Origin: Bilabrum cf. latius
Taxonomy: Eukaryota
Length of the DNA: 64,000 bases
Direction of reading: 5' to 3'
Assembly (NCBI GenBank): GCA_965178125.1
Contig: OZ237735.1
Coordinates: 2,170,001-2,234,000 of the forward strand
Below the pieces are notes generated by a model, which did not search any database, was not told where the DNA came from, and saw nothing but the letters and a program-made list of their open reading frames with translations. Numbering within the stretch: position 1 is the stretch's first letter; each line of letters begins with the position of its first letter. Positions 12,201-27,200 of this stretch are shown here, one piece after another. The position numbers were made by a program, and so were the translations under genes.

Positions 12201-15200
12201 AGTGTCTTCGCTACTCAACGCGTATAAGGCGGCGCATGACGCAGTTCCTGTCAAGGCTCATGCTTTGTTACAGCCTCTCATTGACGCAGTTCACCACGAG
12301 CTCAGGCCAGCCTTGCTTTCGCTTACCTGGACGAGTCTCGGGGTCGAGGAGTGGCTGCCACGTGCTCGCGCCGCACTGCAGGAGCTCTTGGATCGTTCCA
12401 AAGCAGTCGGTGATTCGATTGAAAACAGACTGGATGCGGTCTTGCGAAGCATGAAAAAGGTTATACTTGTGAATTTGCCGCGTGATGCGTCCTTCACGCT
12501 CGATGAATTCGTCCGCTTGCAGCAAGACAGCGTTAAGAGAGCCACAGCGGAGTTACGAGCTTCAAGTGAGGCCGTCCGGGCGGGAGTAGAAGATGTGATC
12601 GACCTGGCCTTGGGCGACGCGATGGCATCACGTGTCCATGCACTGGAGATTTCAAGGCTACATGACGGCTCTGGCTCGGCCTCTGTGTCACCGAGGACAG
12701 CCGCCGATCCGATGGTCAACCACTTGGCTGATGCGGCTGATGAGCTCAGGTTTATATACGGCGAGCGAGTATACGCTGCGCTGCTTGCGTGCCTGCGAAA
12801 GAGTCTGCAGCAGCTCAAGCGCAGAGTGTGCGCCCGATCCTCGGACTCTTTCTTGTTTATGGAAAAGCCTTTCTTCCTTCTAGAGGTGAAGCTGCAACTT
12901 CCTAGGGTTCGTGTGGTGCCTGCTTTGGAAGACGTGTAGCGTGCCACCAACAAGGCAGCTCTCGCAGTGATCCAAGCGTTCCGGCGCGTTCCAGAATGGG
13001 GGGCAATCGGAAAAAGGTCTCCTATCCGCAGAAAGGCTTCTCTTCGTGATGCTACTGCGGCCAGGCATTCTGCTGCACGACGCGCTGCCGCGGCTCGCCG
13101 AGCCAGTCTTGCCGCAGGTGCCGGCGGTCATGCGTCTGGTGCCGCTGATTCAATGCCGTAGGATGCGTTCAGTTTAGTATAGGCCACCGGTGCAGTCTCT
13201 ACTGCCGAGTTTAGGGCTATCAGTGCCCTCGACCAACACCAGAGCTTCGAGCAAACCATCGCGATTGAGGAACGCATCACCACAGAAGAGGCCATCCTAG
13301 ACGCCCTTGACGATTTTGGCAGCGGTGCGGGTGGCTCGACGCATGACAGAGCATTAACAAAGGGGCAGGCGTTTCGAGTGTTGCGTCGCGATCTGGCGCA
13401 ACTCGCGGACAACGGAGCATCGGGCATGCAGTCCCCAAAGCGTACGTCTGCAGCACAGCGCCCACCAAGCGCGGCTTCCCAGCGCAGCCTGCCAGCGGAA
13501 TCGGATTTCGAAATTCGTATTTCAACGCTGACCAGCCGTCCTTTCTTCGAGCGCGTTGCCTCAGACCTTGAGGTCGTCAAGTATGTGTTGCTGCTGACTG
13601 GTGCGCTGCACGGCACGAAGTCTGCCGTTGAACGATACCTGGATGCGTTCGGCAGGTTCGCGTGGCTGTGGGAGAATGATAGCACGAAATCTCTAAAGAA
13701 ATTTGTCCGCGAGTCGATGCGACGACGACAAGGGAAGAAGAGCGGCAAGTCGAACGATGGTCTGCTGGCGCAGTTCGGATCGGTCGGACTCGGAGACACA
13801 GACAAAGCATATGCGGCAGCTCTTGCAATCGGGCACCCTGACATCCCCGGTGTGTCTACTCGCCGCGTTACGGTCGGGCCAAGAGGTCCATCGCTCGACG
13901 ATTTTGAAAAAGAGCTGGTCAAGTTTGAAGGAGTGCGAGCCGAAGTGCAGGGTGTCCGAAGCGTTGCAGTGGTAGGGGCTCTGAAGCTGAACGCTGTGCC
14001 TCTCAAAGTAGAGCTGGAGAAGTATCGGCATAAGTGGATTCTTACTTACGGGGACTACTTGCACAAAGAGGCTACGCGGCGGCTGAATGGACTGACAAGC
14101 TACATGGACGGGGTTGAGGCAAAGCTTAGAGAGCCGGTAAAGTCACTTGACGACCTCCGTCAGGTAGTTGACTGCCTGCGCGTGCTCAGAGAGCGTGAAT
14201 CATCCAGCGAGTCCGACATTGCGCCAATTTTAGACCTATTTGACGTGCTACACCGCCGAATCCCCGGTCAGTATGATGATGCCAGGGAGCTTGATGCGCA
14301 GGCAATGCTACGAGCCAGATGGACCAGGCTCAGTGACGTTGCGGAGCAGAAGAATGACGACCTGGCAGCGGTACAGGACGGATACAAGCAGGAACTTGAC
14401 CTCCAAATCCGCCAGCTGCTCGATGACTGCAAGGCATTTTGGACAGCCTACCTGCGCAGTGGTCCAGGAATTGATGGCCTAGATCCCAACGAGGCTGTGA
14501 ACCGGCTGCTGTCTTTCCGAAAGCAAAGACAGGCCCTGGAGATTCGTCTAGTAAAGGTCAGGGAATCAGAGGCCCTGTTTGGAACTGGACCGGCCCAATT
14601 TCCAGCTCTGTACCAGTCATAGGAGGAGCTTGACAAGTGCGAGCTAGTGCTAGGCTTGTACAGCGATGTGCGCTCCTGCATGCGAACACTGCGTCAGATG
14701 CCTTGGCCTCGGGTAGCAGGCAGCATAGCTCGGCTCACTGAGACAGCCAAGGCGCTTGAAAACCGTGCCAGGCGGATACCTGCCAATCTGCGTGGATGGC
14801 GGTCGTACAAAGAGCTGCGGCAGATGCTGCAGATTACCCAAGACGCTCTGCCTCTGCTTGATGGTCTCTCGCAGCCGTGTGTCCGACCTAGGCACTGGAC
14901 TACGCTGACTCGTGGCCTGGGCTTGAAGTGGCCACTGGACGATTCGACTGGTGTACCTCTCATCCCAGTGCAGACAGAGAGCCGATCACGAGGAGAAGCG
15001 TTGCAATCATCTCCGCGTGGTGCTGGCCGCTCAATGCAACGCATCCCTTCGCTGGCTGCTGGAGTCCTAACCTCCGCTGGAGAAACGAGACCTTTGGTGG
15101 TCGGAGACCTGCTGGACGCCGGCCTTCTCAAGCGTGGGGATATTGCCGTTGAGGTAGCATCCTCTGCAGAGAAGGAAGATGCAGTTGAGCGCAAGCTGGG

Positions 15201-18200
15201 AGAGATGCAGCGGAAGTGGTAGCAGGAATAGCTTCAATTCGGATAGTGGCGCGTGCGAGGATCGCACGAGAAGGGAGCTCATTCATCAGACAGCTCAAAG
15301 GGCTCGACAGATGCAGGAGCTGGGCAGCCTACTGATGATACTAGTTTGGAAGGCCTGGTTGTGCTAGTCAAGTACACCTCCACTCTTGACGAGCTGGACA
15401 ACTCCCAACTGTAGCTGCAGGCTCTCTTGTCCCTGCGTCATGTGCTTCCCTTCAGATAGCGGGCTGAACAGCTCAACAAGATGCTATCTGAAGTCGGTGA
15501 AACCATGGCGACGTGGTTGCGAGTGCAGTCGCTGTGGTGCTAGCTCGAAAAAGTGTTCATGGGCGGCGACATCGCAAGGCAAATGCCAGCTGAGGCAAGA
15601 AAGTTTGCACGGCTAGACGACGCTTTCATTCGACTAATGCAAACTGCGCAGGACACGAAGCAAGTGGTCCAGTGCTGTGAAACAGATTCGATACGACAAA
15701 CACTCCCTGGACTGCTACGTGAGCTGGAGCAGCACCACCGGAAGCTGCAAGGCTACCTGGAGCACAAGCGGCGCATGTTTCCTAGGTTTTACTTTGTCAG
15801 CAACTCTACCTTGCTCACATATCTTTCACAAGGAAGCGATCCCATGGCAGTGCAGCACCTCTACGACAAGGTGTTCCCTGCCGTTCGGCGAGTCATTCAC
15901 AGCACCGGCTCTGACAATCGGGACCCTTCCTCTGCTGCGGACTCCAGGGGCTCGGGAGTTGCAGCCGGTGCAGGATCTGGCGGCCAAGGCGATGACTCGA
16001 AGCCATCAGGAGGAAGCACCATTGTCTTTGCGGATGGTACTACCCTTGGGCTTGGTTCCCCAAGCGAGAAGTCCCGCGACCAGGACGGCGATGAGGATGC
16101 AATGGGAGGCGGGGCTACTCCCACTAGGACTGGTGACCTCTCCAAGCGATCTAAGAGAAAGAAGAGCAAGAATGACGGCGGCGCAATCATTGCTTTAGTG
16201 TTCCAACCACCGGTTCCTTCTGCCCCTGCGGCCGCCCCGACACGGTCATCCCCTGTTAAGTCTGCACTGTCGGGTTCAGGGCGGTCTGGAAGGTTCGGAT
16301 CCCGCACAGGCGGCGCTTCATTTGAGAAATTCCAGCGCAAGCTTGCCCAGACGGCTTTGCGTGAGCGCGAGGAGCTGCGACTGTCGTACCCGGTGGAGCC
16401 GTCTGGTAACGTCGAGTCTTGGCTCGCAGATGTTGAACGTGCCATGCAAGTCTCCGTGAGGGATGGGTGCCTGGAAGCGAGCGAGCTTGCCACGAGCTGG
16501 GCAAACGGAGAGGTTGCTACGACGTATGCCGTGCGGATGCTCTCATCGTAGCATATCGTAGTCGCATTGCAGGTCGCTTGGACCCAGAGCATTGGAACTG
16601 CAATCACGCTCGCCGAGAGGGGCGCTAGAAGCGTGCTCACGGAGGCAGGCAGGCAGCAGTCGAGGCGTCTCAGTGAACTTTCGCAGCTCGCTCTTGTTGC
16701 GGCTCGCGCTCAGAAGAATGGCAGTGCAGTCATTTCCACATTGATGGCTGGCGAAGATGCCAGCCAACAGATGGATCGTATCCCTGGCGGCGTAAGCGGA
16801 CCCGCAGGACCACCATCGCAATTTTTCGCTCTGCTTGATGAATCAAAGCTCCGAGGCCACGGTGTAGAGCATGGACAATCACTCTAGTCTAGATCGGCTG
16901 CGGAAGATCCGTCAGCCGCACCGGTGCTGCGAGCCTACCTGGATGGTGTGGCGGGAGCTCTCGGTCGTCGGAAGCTGGAAACGCTCGTCACTGTGCAAAT
17001 ACATCAGCGCGATGTGACTCAAGACCTTGTTAAGATGTACCGCGACAGGCAGCTGACATCTCCTCAGGATTTCGAGTGGATCAGGCGCCTGCGTGTATTT
17101 TGGTAGGATGGTGAGGTAGATCCAGTGCTTGGCAAGAAGCAATCCAGGCCATCGCGAAGCCACGGCAGGAAATCCCATGCTGCAGAGCCGGATGCGATGC
17201 AGGGGTACTTGCGCGTTTGTATGAGCGAATGCTCCTTCGGGTACGGTTATGAGTGGTACGGTGTGAGTGACCGATTGGTAATTACACCGCTAACAGAAAG
17301 AGCCTATTTGGCTTTCTGCTAGGCATGCCGCATGAAGCTTGGTGCTGCGCCAACTGGCCCAGCCGGTACGGGAAAGACAGAGACCGTGAAGGACCTAGCC
17401 AAGACGCTCGGAAGGCTATGTATCACAACTAATTGCAGTGAGGCTCTGCGATTCGATGATGTTTCGACTGTGCTGCGAGGGCTGTGCGGCGTTGGCGCTT
17501 GGGGCTGTTTTGATGAGTTTAACCGCATATCGGCTGGTGTCCTCTCCGTCGTAGCTCAGCTGCTGCAGCGGATATCGACCTCAAGGAAATTGGGCCTCCA
17601 GGTCATTGAGATTGCTGATGATAGCCAAAGCGCTGACGCGAGAATTCAGGCAGCCCTATTGGAGCGACTGCAGGAGTCTGGGGTGCTTACGGCCGCTCAG
17701 GTTGCCCAGGCATCCAAACCGAGCAAGTCCAAGGGTAGGGCTAGCAAGAAACACGGCGAACTTAGCCTGCCCGCCCTTCGACTGAGCGATTCGTTCGGCA
17801 TGTTTGCTACCATGAACCCTGCCTCGAAGGACTACGGGGGAAGGAGCCAGCTTCCTGACAGCCTCACTGTGCTGCTGAGACCCGTTTCCATGATGGTTCC
17901 CGACCGGCTCGCGATTCTTCGGGTGCAGCTCTGTGCAGCTGGATTCAATGATTACCAGAATCTTGCCTAGAAGATTGAGCAGACTCACTCGGTTGCCTCG
18001 CAGCAGCTTAGCCGATAGAAGCACTACGACTTTGGGTTGCGAAGTGCCTTGGGTGCAGTGCGGCTAGCTAGCTCAACGCTCCGCTCCAGAACCGATACGG
18101 GTAGCCCAGACCCCGACACTATGTCCGATGCAGTGGCACTGGCTGAGGACAAGATTGTATGTGGTGCCCTGCAAGCGACCCACGAGAGCAGGATGACATC

Positions 18201-21200
18201 CGAGGACTTGCCTGTCCTCAAGGATATCATGGCTCGGGTCTTCCGGACTGCTACCACCGCGTATGAGCCAAAGACGGTCTCGGAATCTGATGTAGACTTA
18301 GCTAGCTTCATTGCCCAGTCTCGAGGTTCATAGAAGGTAGACACTTTGGACCGTTACCTTGCCAGCAACGGTAGTGTTGTGCACGGCGTCGCTGTTCGTC
18401 GCACCATGAATAGCATGAACCTGGCAGGCGGAGACTCCATCTGGTGCTCAAGGCTTATGCAATGCAACCAGATCCTGCAAGTACGTCATGCTGCCATCAT
18501 TGTCGGAGGTGCCGCGTCTGGTAAGTCATCCATGATCGACGTGATGTCTTCGATCCCGGATCACTACGAGTGGGCACGAGAGTTTGTTCGGGCGTCGCCG
18601 ATGCATGTGTCAGCCCAAGACTTGTCAGCCACTCAGTAGACTATCAGCGTGCACAGAGTTCATTCCAAGGCACTTACACCCAGGCAACTCTTCGGTTTCG
18701 TGGACCCAATCGGTGGGGAGTGGGTGCCCGGAGTTTTTTCTGCCCTATTCCAAGCAACGAACGGTGTGACCGCTGGCGGTGCAACAGGCGCTGCTGCAAC
18801 CGCTGACACTGGCTCAAAGTCGGGCGGTGGCAGCCATAACACTGCGCGGAATGCTAATTGGCTGGTATTAGATGGGCCTGTGGATCCGACCTGGGTGGAG
18901 GACCTCAACTCGGTCATGGACGATTCAAAGATGCTCACCCTAGCCAGCGGGGAGCGCATCAAGATGAACCCGAGCACTCGCATCGTGCTTGAAACCGGTG
19001 ACATTCGCAATGCAAGCCCTGCAACAATTTCCAGGGCAGGCGTGGTATACCTTTCCTCATTTGACCTCGGCTGGGTACCGATCGTGGAGTCATTCTGTGC
19101 GATTCTCAGGCCAGAGGCAAGGGACTTGGTCATGGCAATGTTTCGAAGGTATGTCTCTGGTGATGATGTAGCGTTAGCACTGGTGGATGGTGGAGTTAAC
19201 TCAGTGCTGCGGCGGTCTGGCGTTCAAAGTGCCTTGGAATAGTCTCGCCGAGAAGACGGTGTCACAGACACCGTTGTGCACAGGGAACTTCCAACTCGCG
19301 CTTGGTTGCGATTGTCATCCGGGGTTCAAGGTGCCACCGCGGATGCTCACAAGGCAATCACGGAAGCTCGTGCAGCTGCGCTGTGCGGAAACGAGCAGTC
19401 GACGGACTCTCGCAGACGACGGAATCGATCTCAGCGTACCAAATCAAGCATCCTGGCCGAGGTCTCTGAAGGCAAGCTGCTAGCACTGGGCCAGCTCGCC
19501 CAGCAACGCGGCGGCGCGCTGTTCTTGTTCCTGCAGCGGTTCGGCAAGCTCCCATTCGCGCTTCATCCCGTGCAAGTCGTCAGCAGCATCGTGACTCTGC
19601 TGGGTGCTGCGCTCGAAGACCACGATGTGCTGTCATCCCTGCTACTGGCCGCCGACGACTCTGGCCAGGCTTTACCTGATTCAAAGGCTTCGTCTGGCCG
19701 CCCCACAAGAAAGCAGGGTGCGCGGTTCATGTTCCCAGGCGATCGTGCAGGCCGCGATGGCACCAACAGACTGACAGGCCAGAATCTCAACACTGCATTG
19801 GATGGATTGGAACGATACTTCGTTGTTCTGCTGGCCAATTTAGTGGGCTCCCATCTCGACTCAACGCGTGGCCGCCCGTTGTTGGAGGCGTACATGTACG
19901 CCCTTGGCGCTCCACGGCCGCGACCCTCCAGGCATGGAAGCTATCAACGCGGACAACAAGATAGTGATGTGTTAGCTCCCACGGCCAGCTACTTCTGCGC
20001 TTTCCCTAGGCTATTTGTTTCTGGTTCGAGCAGCAAAGGTCAGTCACCTAGGCTCGAAGCACCGTCGACTGCCGTCGAAGTCGTTGAAGATGCTGCTGGG
20101 CCAAATGCAGCTTCGCTGAAGCTTGAATGGCGATTCTGGTCGTCCATATGCCCAGTTGCTCCAGTACCCGCCCTTATATAGTCCCACGATGCGGATTCGT
20201 TTGGTGTGCCAGCCAGAGGGGCTGGTCACAAGCATGCCATGCCTCTGTTTCCGACTGGTGCGAACGGCTCCGTGGGTGGGTTTGACTCTGATGGAATCGT
20301 GATTCCAACAGCGTCATTACTCCGCAACATTTTCTTGCTCAGGCTTGCTGCAGCCGCAGCTGCGCCGATTGCAGCGGTTGGTCCAGTAGGTAGCGGAAGA
20401 TCGACGGCCCTTCGTGCATTCATTAAGTCGGTGCAGAACCAACCGATCATGGTACAAGAGTTCCAGCAAGCCGAGTCGAAAATTGCCATGGCCAAGCGAG
20501 ATCTTGCAATGACCTCGGTAGGTGATAAGGGGGGTGATGATGGCGGTTTAGGAAACAGGCAGAGAACCAGCAGTGATGGCTATGCCAGACAATCTCAGCT
20601 GCTGACGAACGATGGATACTTCTGCCACCGCCTCGACATCGAGGCGAGAGCTATTGAGGCAGCAGAAGGTGGTGATGACGGAACCATTTCGCAGTAGTAG
20701 ATTGAGAGCGCACTAGCAGAATCTGAAGATTGGGTGAGCGGATCCTTTCTCTTGAATTTTGCTCGGGACGGCGCGGGGCGTGCAGCTCCGCCAGGAGAGA
20801 ATTAGACAAGCTTCAGGTCGACAAGCTTTGCCAGTGTCGCGTCTGCTTCCACAGCATAGGCGACGCTGTCAGAAGGGCTAGAGAAAAGAGGGGGTAGAAA
20901 CTATGGTCCTGTCGGAGGTCCAGGAACTTCCATGTGGCTATGGATCGACGATTTGCAGGCGGCCCGGTCCGATGAGTGGGGCGACGCACCAGCCGCAGAG
21001 ATGCTTCGACAGGTCATCGAAGATCGTACCATGCCTTTTTTGGACGCTGATCGCATCGGAAAATAGATGGAAATCAACGGAATGTCCTTCTTGGCAACAC
21101 TTTCTCCGTATGCGGTCAAGCAAATGTCTGACGGTTCGGCCTCAAGAATGCCAGCTACCGGCTGCGTCCCGTCCTCGTTTGGCGCATCGCTGCTTGAGCC

Positions 21201-24200
21201 GACCGGGGTGCCTCAGTGGTCGGTACACGACCAGGCATCTGGATCCGATGATGGTTTTGGCTTTATTGGGACCTTAGAGGAAGATGGACATGCCATGCTG
21301 CACTCCTCAGGATAGCAGGCGGGCTCTTCTTCGCAGGGCCACTGGACGGGCGGCTGCCCTTCGCCATCGTCTCTGTGGGTATCTCCGCGCTTGCTCCGTC
21401 ATTTCGTTATGATTGGCTTCGCTGCCCCAACTTCATAGGAGGCGTTTGATGTGTTTAATCCCGTTCTACGTGCCAGGTTCGACCTTGATACCAGCGACGA
21501 TGAGCTGCTTTCGATTTCATCCGCTGCATCAAAGCTTTTGCCGGCTACACTGCGAGTGTGGGAGTGGGCGCGCAGGCGATACACACCTGGCACGACCGGC
21601 ATGTCGGTTTGCTACAATTTTGGCCTGTAGGATGTTGATAGGGTTGTAAAGGGTTTGTGCAAGGCACCTCTGCCAACGGATGGAGTACAGCAGCAGCGCT
21701 CCGACTACGTGGTCCTGGAACAAGACGCCGACTTGGTCAGCCTGTGGATGCACGAAGTCGAACGTGTATTTGGAGACCGGTTTATCGGGCAATAGAAACA
21801 GGCGTGCGTTCGAGCTGCCGCCACCCTCGCCCTATAGACTGAGCTGCAGCTGGATCGTGCTTCGACTCGACGAGCCCGTGCAGCCGCTGCAAGACGGGCA
21901 GCCGCCTCTGCGGTTGATTCGCCGTCCAAATCCTACTCCGCACACCTGCGATCGCATTGGCTTACCGGTGAAACTGGCTCTGTCACTAGCGCAGTAAGTT
22001 CCGGTGTCAGCCCGACCCGCGGTCATTGGCTGTGCCCAAGTGTGCCGCATGATCGGGCAACTCCGACATCATTTGGTGGCCTATCTGGCTTGATTTGTGA
22101 CGCACTGGATTTGGATCCATCTCAAGACCGATGCAACGTTCAATCTCTCTCTTCAGCAGTAGATGCAGACGGACAGCTTGAGTCTCATCTGTATCCAGCC
22201 CCGCAAGAGCCGTGGTGCAGCTTCATGCTAGCGCCCTCTGAGTCTATGCGAGAGCAACGGGCTGGTGATAAGTCCGCACGCCAGTACGAGTTTGAGCTTG
22301 TCAGTCATGCCGAAGCGTGTGAAGAGTATGGTGTTGTGCCGGGTCGCCCGTTGGTGCGAGTTGCAGCAGTCGCAGGCGAATTTGAGTCCCATGCAGACGG
22401 CGCGGATAGTGCTTCTCGACCTGTCAAAGAGTTCGCAGCAGATCGTGTCCGCGCCTTGCTGCTGGACCTCCAAGCGGGGCTCTCGGCACCGCATTCCACG
22501 ACAAAACTAAATCCTCTGATTCTGTTTGAAGACGCCGTGTCTCAGGTTTTTAAACTCTCTCGCATACTTGCCCTGAGTTCGGGCCACGCCATCGTGTCGG
22601 GAGCTGGAGGGTCTGGCAGACGGTCTCTATCTGCTCTTGCTGCGTACGCAGCAGGGTGCATTATTGTGCAGCCTGCCTTGGAGCTCGAAGGAGATGGGCA
22701 GGAATCGCCTGCCTAGGCTGGCGTAGCTGCATCAGCGTGGGATCCAGCGATTGTGCGGGCGATCCGTATCGCTGGGTTGATGAACCGAGGAGTTTCACTG
22801 ATCATCGCTGACTCTGAGCTGCCACAGGGCAGCAGTGGCCATGCCATTTTGCAGCAGATCGCGCGTCTGCTAACGGCAGATCCGCTGTCAATGCTCCCCC
22901 GAGATGTGCGTGCCTCGATCATTGCAGAGGCCTCCGCAGAACTGCCACGGCTCCGTGCAGCGGTGTCATCTGCTGGTGGGGCTGGTGCCGTGCACTTAGG
23001 AGGGGGAGAAGGTGTTGATTAGCTGCGCTTTGATGATAGCAGGTCCAACTCGAGCGGAGGAACAGATGGGCTTGAGCACGACGGCATGACTGGCTCGGTA
23101 TTCTCAGATGATAGCAGCGACGGCGGCGGCAGACCAGCTGCTCAATCTAGTGAGCACAGCGCTGGTGCTGCGGAGGAGCTGCTGCTGTGCCGCATCAGGG
23201 CAAACTTGCACCTAGTTCTGTGCGTGTCTGAGCGAGCAGCAGCTGGAAGCATGAGTGTTGCAGAAATTGCTCGTCAGTTTCCCTCTCTTCTCGCCAAGTC
23301 TCAGGTGGTCGCTGTGCCGGACTGGTCCACTGCTTCACGGAGGGTGATTGCTTCCCAAGCAGTGATTGACGGATGCTTCGGATGCGTGGAGCTTGGACTG
23401 GCTTTCTAGTCTGCAGGACAGCTGCTCCCTGATGCTGTGAAATCAGCCATCACTAAGCAACACCGACAACCTGCGCGTTCGGGAGGATCTCGCGCCGTAG
23501 TTCACATGTCCGGTATTGAGCTAGGCGTGGCAAGTGCCTCCTAGCTGCTTGCTTCTTGCCATGGCATCGCCGAAAACGCAGCCGCTGCAAGCACAAGTAG
23601 CTAGTGGCTTGCATACACCCCTAGAACGTACTTGGCGTTTCTCAGCATGTACCTTGACCTCTTGCGCCGCGAGTCGTCGCACAGCATGACTGCCAGGGAG
23701 CAAATGCGAGTCGGTCTCCTAAAACTTGAAGAGGCCTCGCAAGGGCTCCGCGAGCTGCAGGTGCAGCTCGAGCGCGATGAAGAAGAGCTGGCTGAAGCGG
23801 ATGCAGCTTGCGCAGAGGTGCTGGAGTCGTTAGAGGAGCGGACCATGGAAGCAAAGAGAGAGCGAAGCGATGTGCTGCGCGTCAGGCAGGACTGTGAGGA
23901 GCGCAGGGCAAGGACGAGTGGAGAGAGAGATGCTGCCGAGTCGGACCTTGCTAGGGCGAAGCCATTCCTCGACGCTGCCAACGATGCAGTCAATTCCATC
24001 AGGCCTCAAGATATTCAGGAACTCCGTGCAATCAAGACGCCAAAAGCAGCGATCAAGCTGGTGCTGGACGCAGTCGCTGTGCTGCTCAGAGAGCCGCTCC
24101 TGCCCACACTGCCCGTTGTCCACGAGATCGGGCAAGGCAGGGGCGATGTTGCTAGAATTTCTCACATAGCAGATTCGTTCGAGCTGCACAAGCGTGGCAT

Positions 24201-27200
24201 GGTCGCCCGAGCGACATTCCTACGTAACATTATGACGTTGAGCCACGAGAAGCGAGACTACATCACTGATGAGGACATTGAGCTGCTGGAACCGTACACT
24301 GAGCTTAGTGCACTTGACGACTCCGCCACTCGAAATGCTTCCTTCGCTGCCCTAGGCCTGCTCAAGTGGGCGCGAGCAATGCGGCGGTACTACTTGGAAT
24401 CGAAGGTGGTCTACCCCAAGTTGGCAGCCCTGAAAGACGCCGAGGCTCGCCTATCCTCGGCAGAAGTGGCACTGTCTAGAGCGGAGAAGCGCTTGCGAGC
24501 ATGTGAAGACGAAGTTGCGTTGTTACAGCGCCGCTACGAGAAGCAGATGGAAGGCAAGACGGCGATTGAGAAGCGAGCCCAAGCATTGAGAGACCGGGCG
24601 AGCAAGGCGTAGGGACTGCTGGATGCCCTTGCGGGCGAGCGGGCTCGCTGGACTGAAGGAATGCAGTCAAGTGCGCTATACCAAGCTTCATTGGTTGCAG
24701 ACTGCAGTGTCGCGGCATTCTTGGTCGTTTATGCCTCTGCGCTCCCGGGCAATGCACGCGAGGCTGTGCTTGGCGTGGGCTCCATTGAGTCCAAGCGAAT
24801 GGCCGACGTTGCCATGAAGCGTTGCAAGGGGCTGAGTGAATCCTTGAGCAGTGAACTCGATGAAGATGGGCTCGATTTGCTTCGTGACTTCATTCCGTAG
24901 CACTACTGTCGGGTGCTTCCTGGCTTGAGGAATGAACCAGCTTCGGATGTACTTCGGTCAACCTTGCTGCTTGGACTCTGTCCCTCAATAGCAACTGCAA
25001 ACGAAGCCGGTGCGTCTCGAAAGCTACTTTGTGGGGCTGACGCATCGGTTACTCTGTAGAGCCTTGGAGTTCCGGCAGATAACGCCACTTTCGATGCTGC
25101 CGCTGCTATTGAGTCCAGCACGCTATACGCTGCGTCCCAAATCGCAGGTGCGAGCTTTGACCGACCAGCTCTTGGTATTGCCAAACTTCCTGCACAGCAG
25201 GCAAAGAAATAGGAGGGTGACACTCGCACCAGGCGCCTCTCCTCGGAGGAGCAAAGCGTCGGAGAGGATGCTGCTTTGCCCGAGTTCACATTCATGCGGA
25301 TTGGGCGGTTCCCTCTTGTCGTGGACCCAGACACGCAAGCGATGCGCTGGATCAAGCGTGCCATTGACACAGAGTTTGAGCGTCAAGTAGCGAGTGTGAA
25401 TCGCAGGCTCGACGCAATGCGAGCCGAAGCGAAGCGCCGTGAAGAGCTGGGTATGCCACCTTTCCGGCAGGCAGATGCAGAGGCCATAATCTATTCCAAT
25501 GAGCACGCAGCGTGGAGCTCAGTTGCGTCCGTGTTGCAGGAACCGAACAGTGGCCCCAGTGGCTCCAGTCGTTTGCACGGAACTAGTCATGCGGCTCCTG
25601 GCTCCTCGCAAAATGCGCTGGAACGAACCATTGCTCAGCAACCATTTCAACTAGCCCACATCGGCCATCCGCGATTCGAGGACGCTTTGGCCATTGCTGT
25701 GGAGACTGGCAGCGTTTTCGTGGCAACTGGGTTTTGCGACGGAAGGCCGAGCCAAAGCACTGTTAAGCTGACCGGTACTCAGGCACAGAGGGCATTGCGC
25801 AATTCAGAGCTGGCTGCCTCTGGCGGAGTGCCGCAATGCCTAGCCAATCTTCTAATCGGTGGCTCACAGGTGCGCGGGAAGACCAGGGTAGACATTGGCG
25901 ACGGGAGAGAATGCGAGGTGCACACACGGTTCCGGCTACTCATGCATTGCAGTGCGATACACCCGGTTGTGGGCTCTACGTTGGCAGGCGTGGTGAATGT
26001 TGTAGATATGGCGACGACGCCCTAGGGCCTGGAGGACCAGCTCGTTGCGGCGAGTGTGAGCAGTGAAGAGCCCCACCTCGAGGCGCAGCTGGCGAAAGCG
26101 CGGGCTTCTGCAGCAGACAGCACTGCAGCTGTCGCTCATCTCGATGAGGAGCTCCTGCAGAGACTAGCCGAATCCAAGCAATCCCTGCTCGAAGATGACC
26201 GCCTGGTGGGTGTGCTGCGCGGGATCAAGCACGAATCGGCAGCCGCCCAATAGCAACTATAGGAGGCTGCGGACGTCGAGGTAGAAATTGCGGCGCAGCG
26301 CAACTTGTATCGCCCGCTGGCGCGCCGTGGCGTCACGCTGTACGTCCTATCCCAGCGCCTGGAGGATGCGGGACTCACACAGTGTCTGTACAGCACGCGA
26401 CTCCAATCATTCTTTGGTGTGTTTCAGGAGGCCCTTGCAGTCTCGAAGGCGCATTCGTCAATTAACGGAGGCCTGCAAGTAGCGCTGAAGCATGCCATCG
26501 CCGGCACAGTGCCGAGCTCGAGCAGTGGTGACCCGAAGGGCACCAGTAGGAAGGACGAGGAACCAGAAGTGCCGGCTGGAGTTGTCGCGAACGCCTCGTG
26601 GGTTGGAGCGTGGCAGCTCGCAGCCAATAGCGTCAAGCAGGCGGACAACATGGCCTTCGACGAAGACAGCTCCAAGGCGAACACCAACATCGGAGTCCCT
26701 CCTGGTGTCCTGCTTGAAAGTGCCCAATACAGGATAGCCACAGCCCCCGACTCTGTTGATGTTGAGCCGTCTCACGGTGGCTCTGACATTGCTCCCCTCG
26801 GGTCGACTTCCAGGCGCGTGCAGAGCATTTGTCATGCTCTCACACAGCTAGTTGCCGGTCGTACCCTTCGCATGGTGCTGCCGAAGCACCGCGATGGGAT
26901 CCGGCTGGCGTTGCTCGTGGCTGTGCTGCTGGAAGCCAGGAGGATTTCGGCCGCGACTGCGGCTTTCCTTCTCGGCGACGAGTCTGCAGCACTTGCGGGG
27001 GTATCAAAGGTGCGGTCTGGTCTTCGCAGCGGGAGTGCCGAGCCGCAAGGTGGAGAAGCTGCACCGGGCCCTTGGCTGCCTTCTTCTGTCTGGCAATCTG
27101 TCCTCACGCTGTCTCGCTTCCATGCAGGACTAGCAGGGTTGCGCCAGAGCCTGCACAAGCAGCAGGCAGATTGGCACGATTGGATGCAAGACACCTCGCC

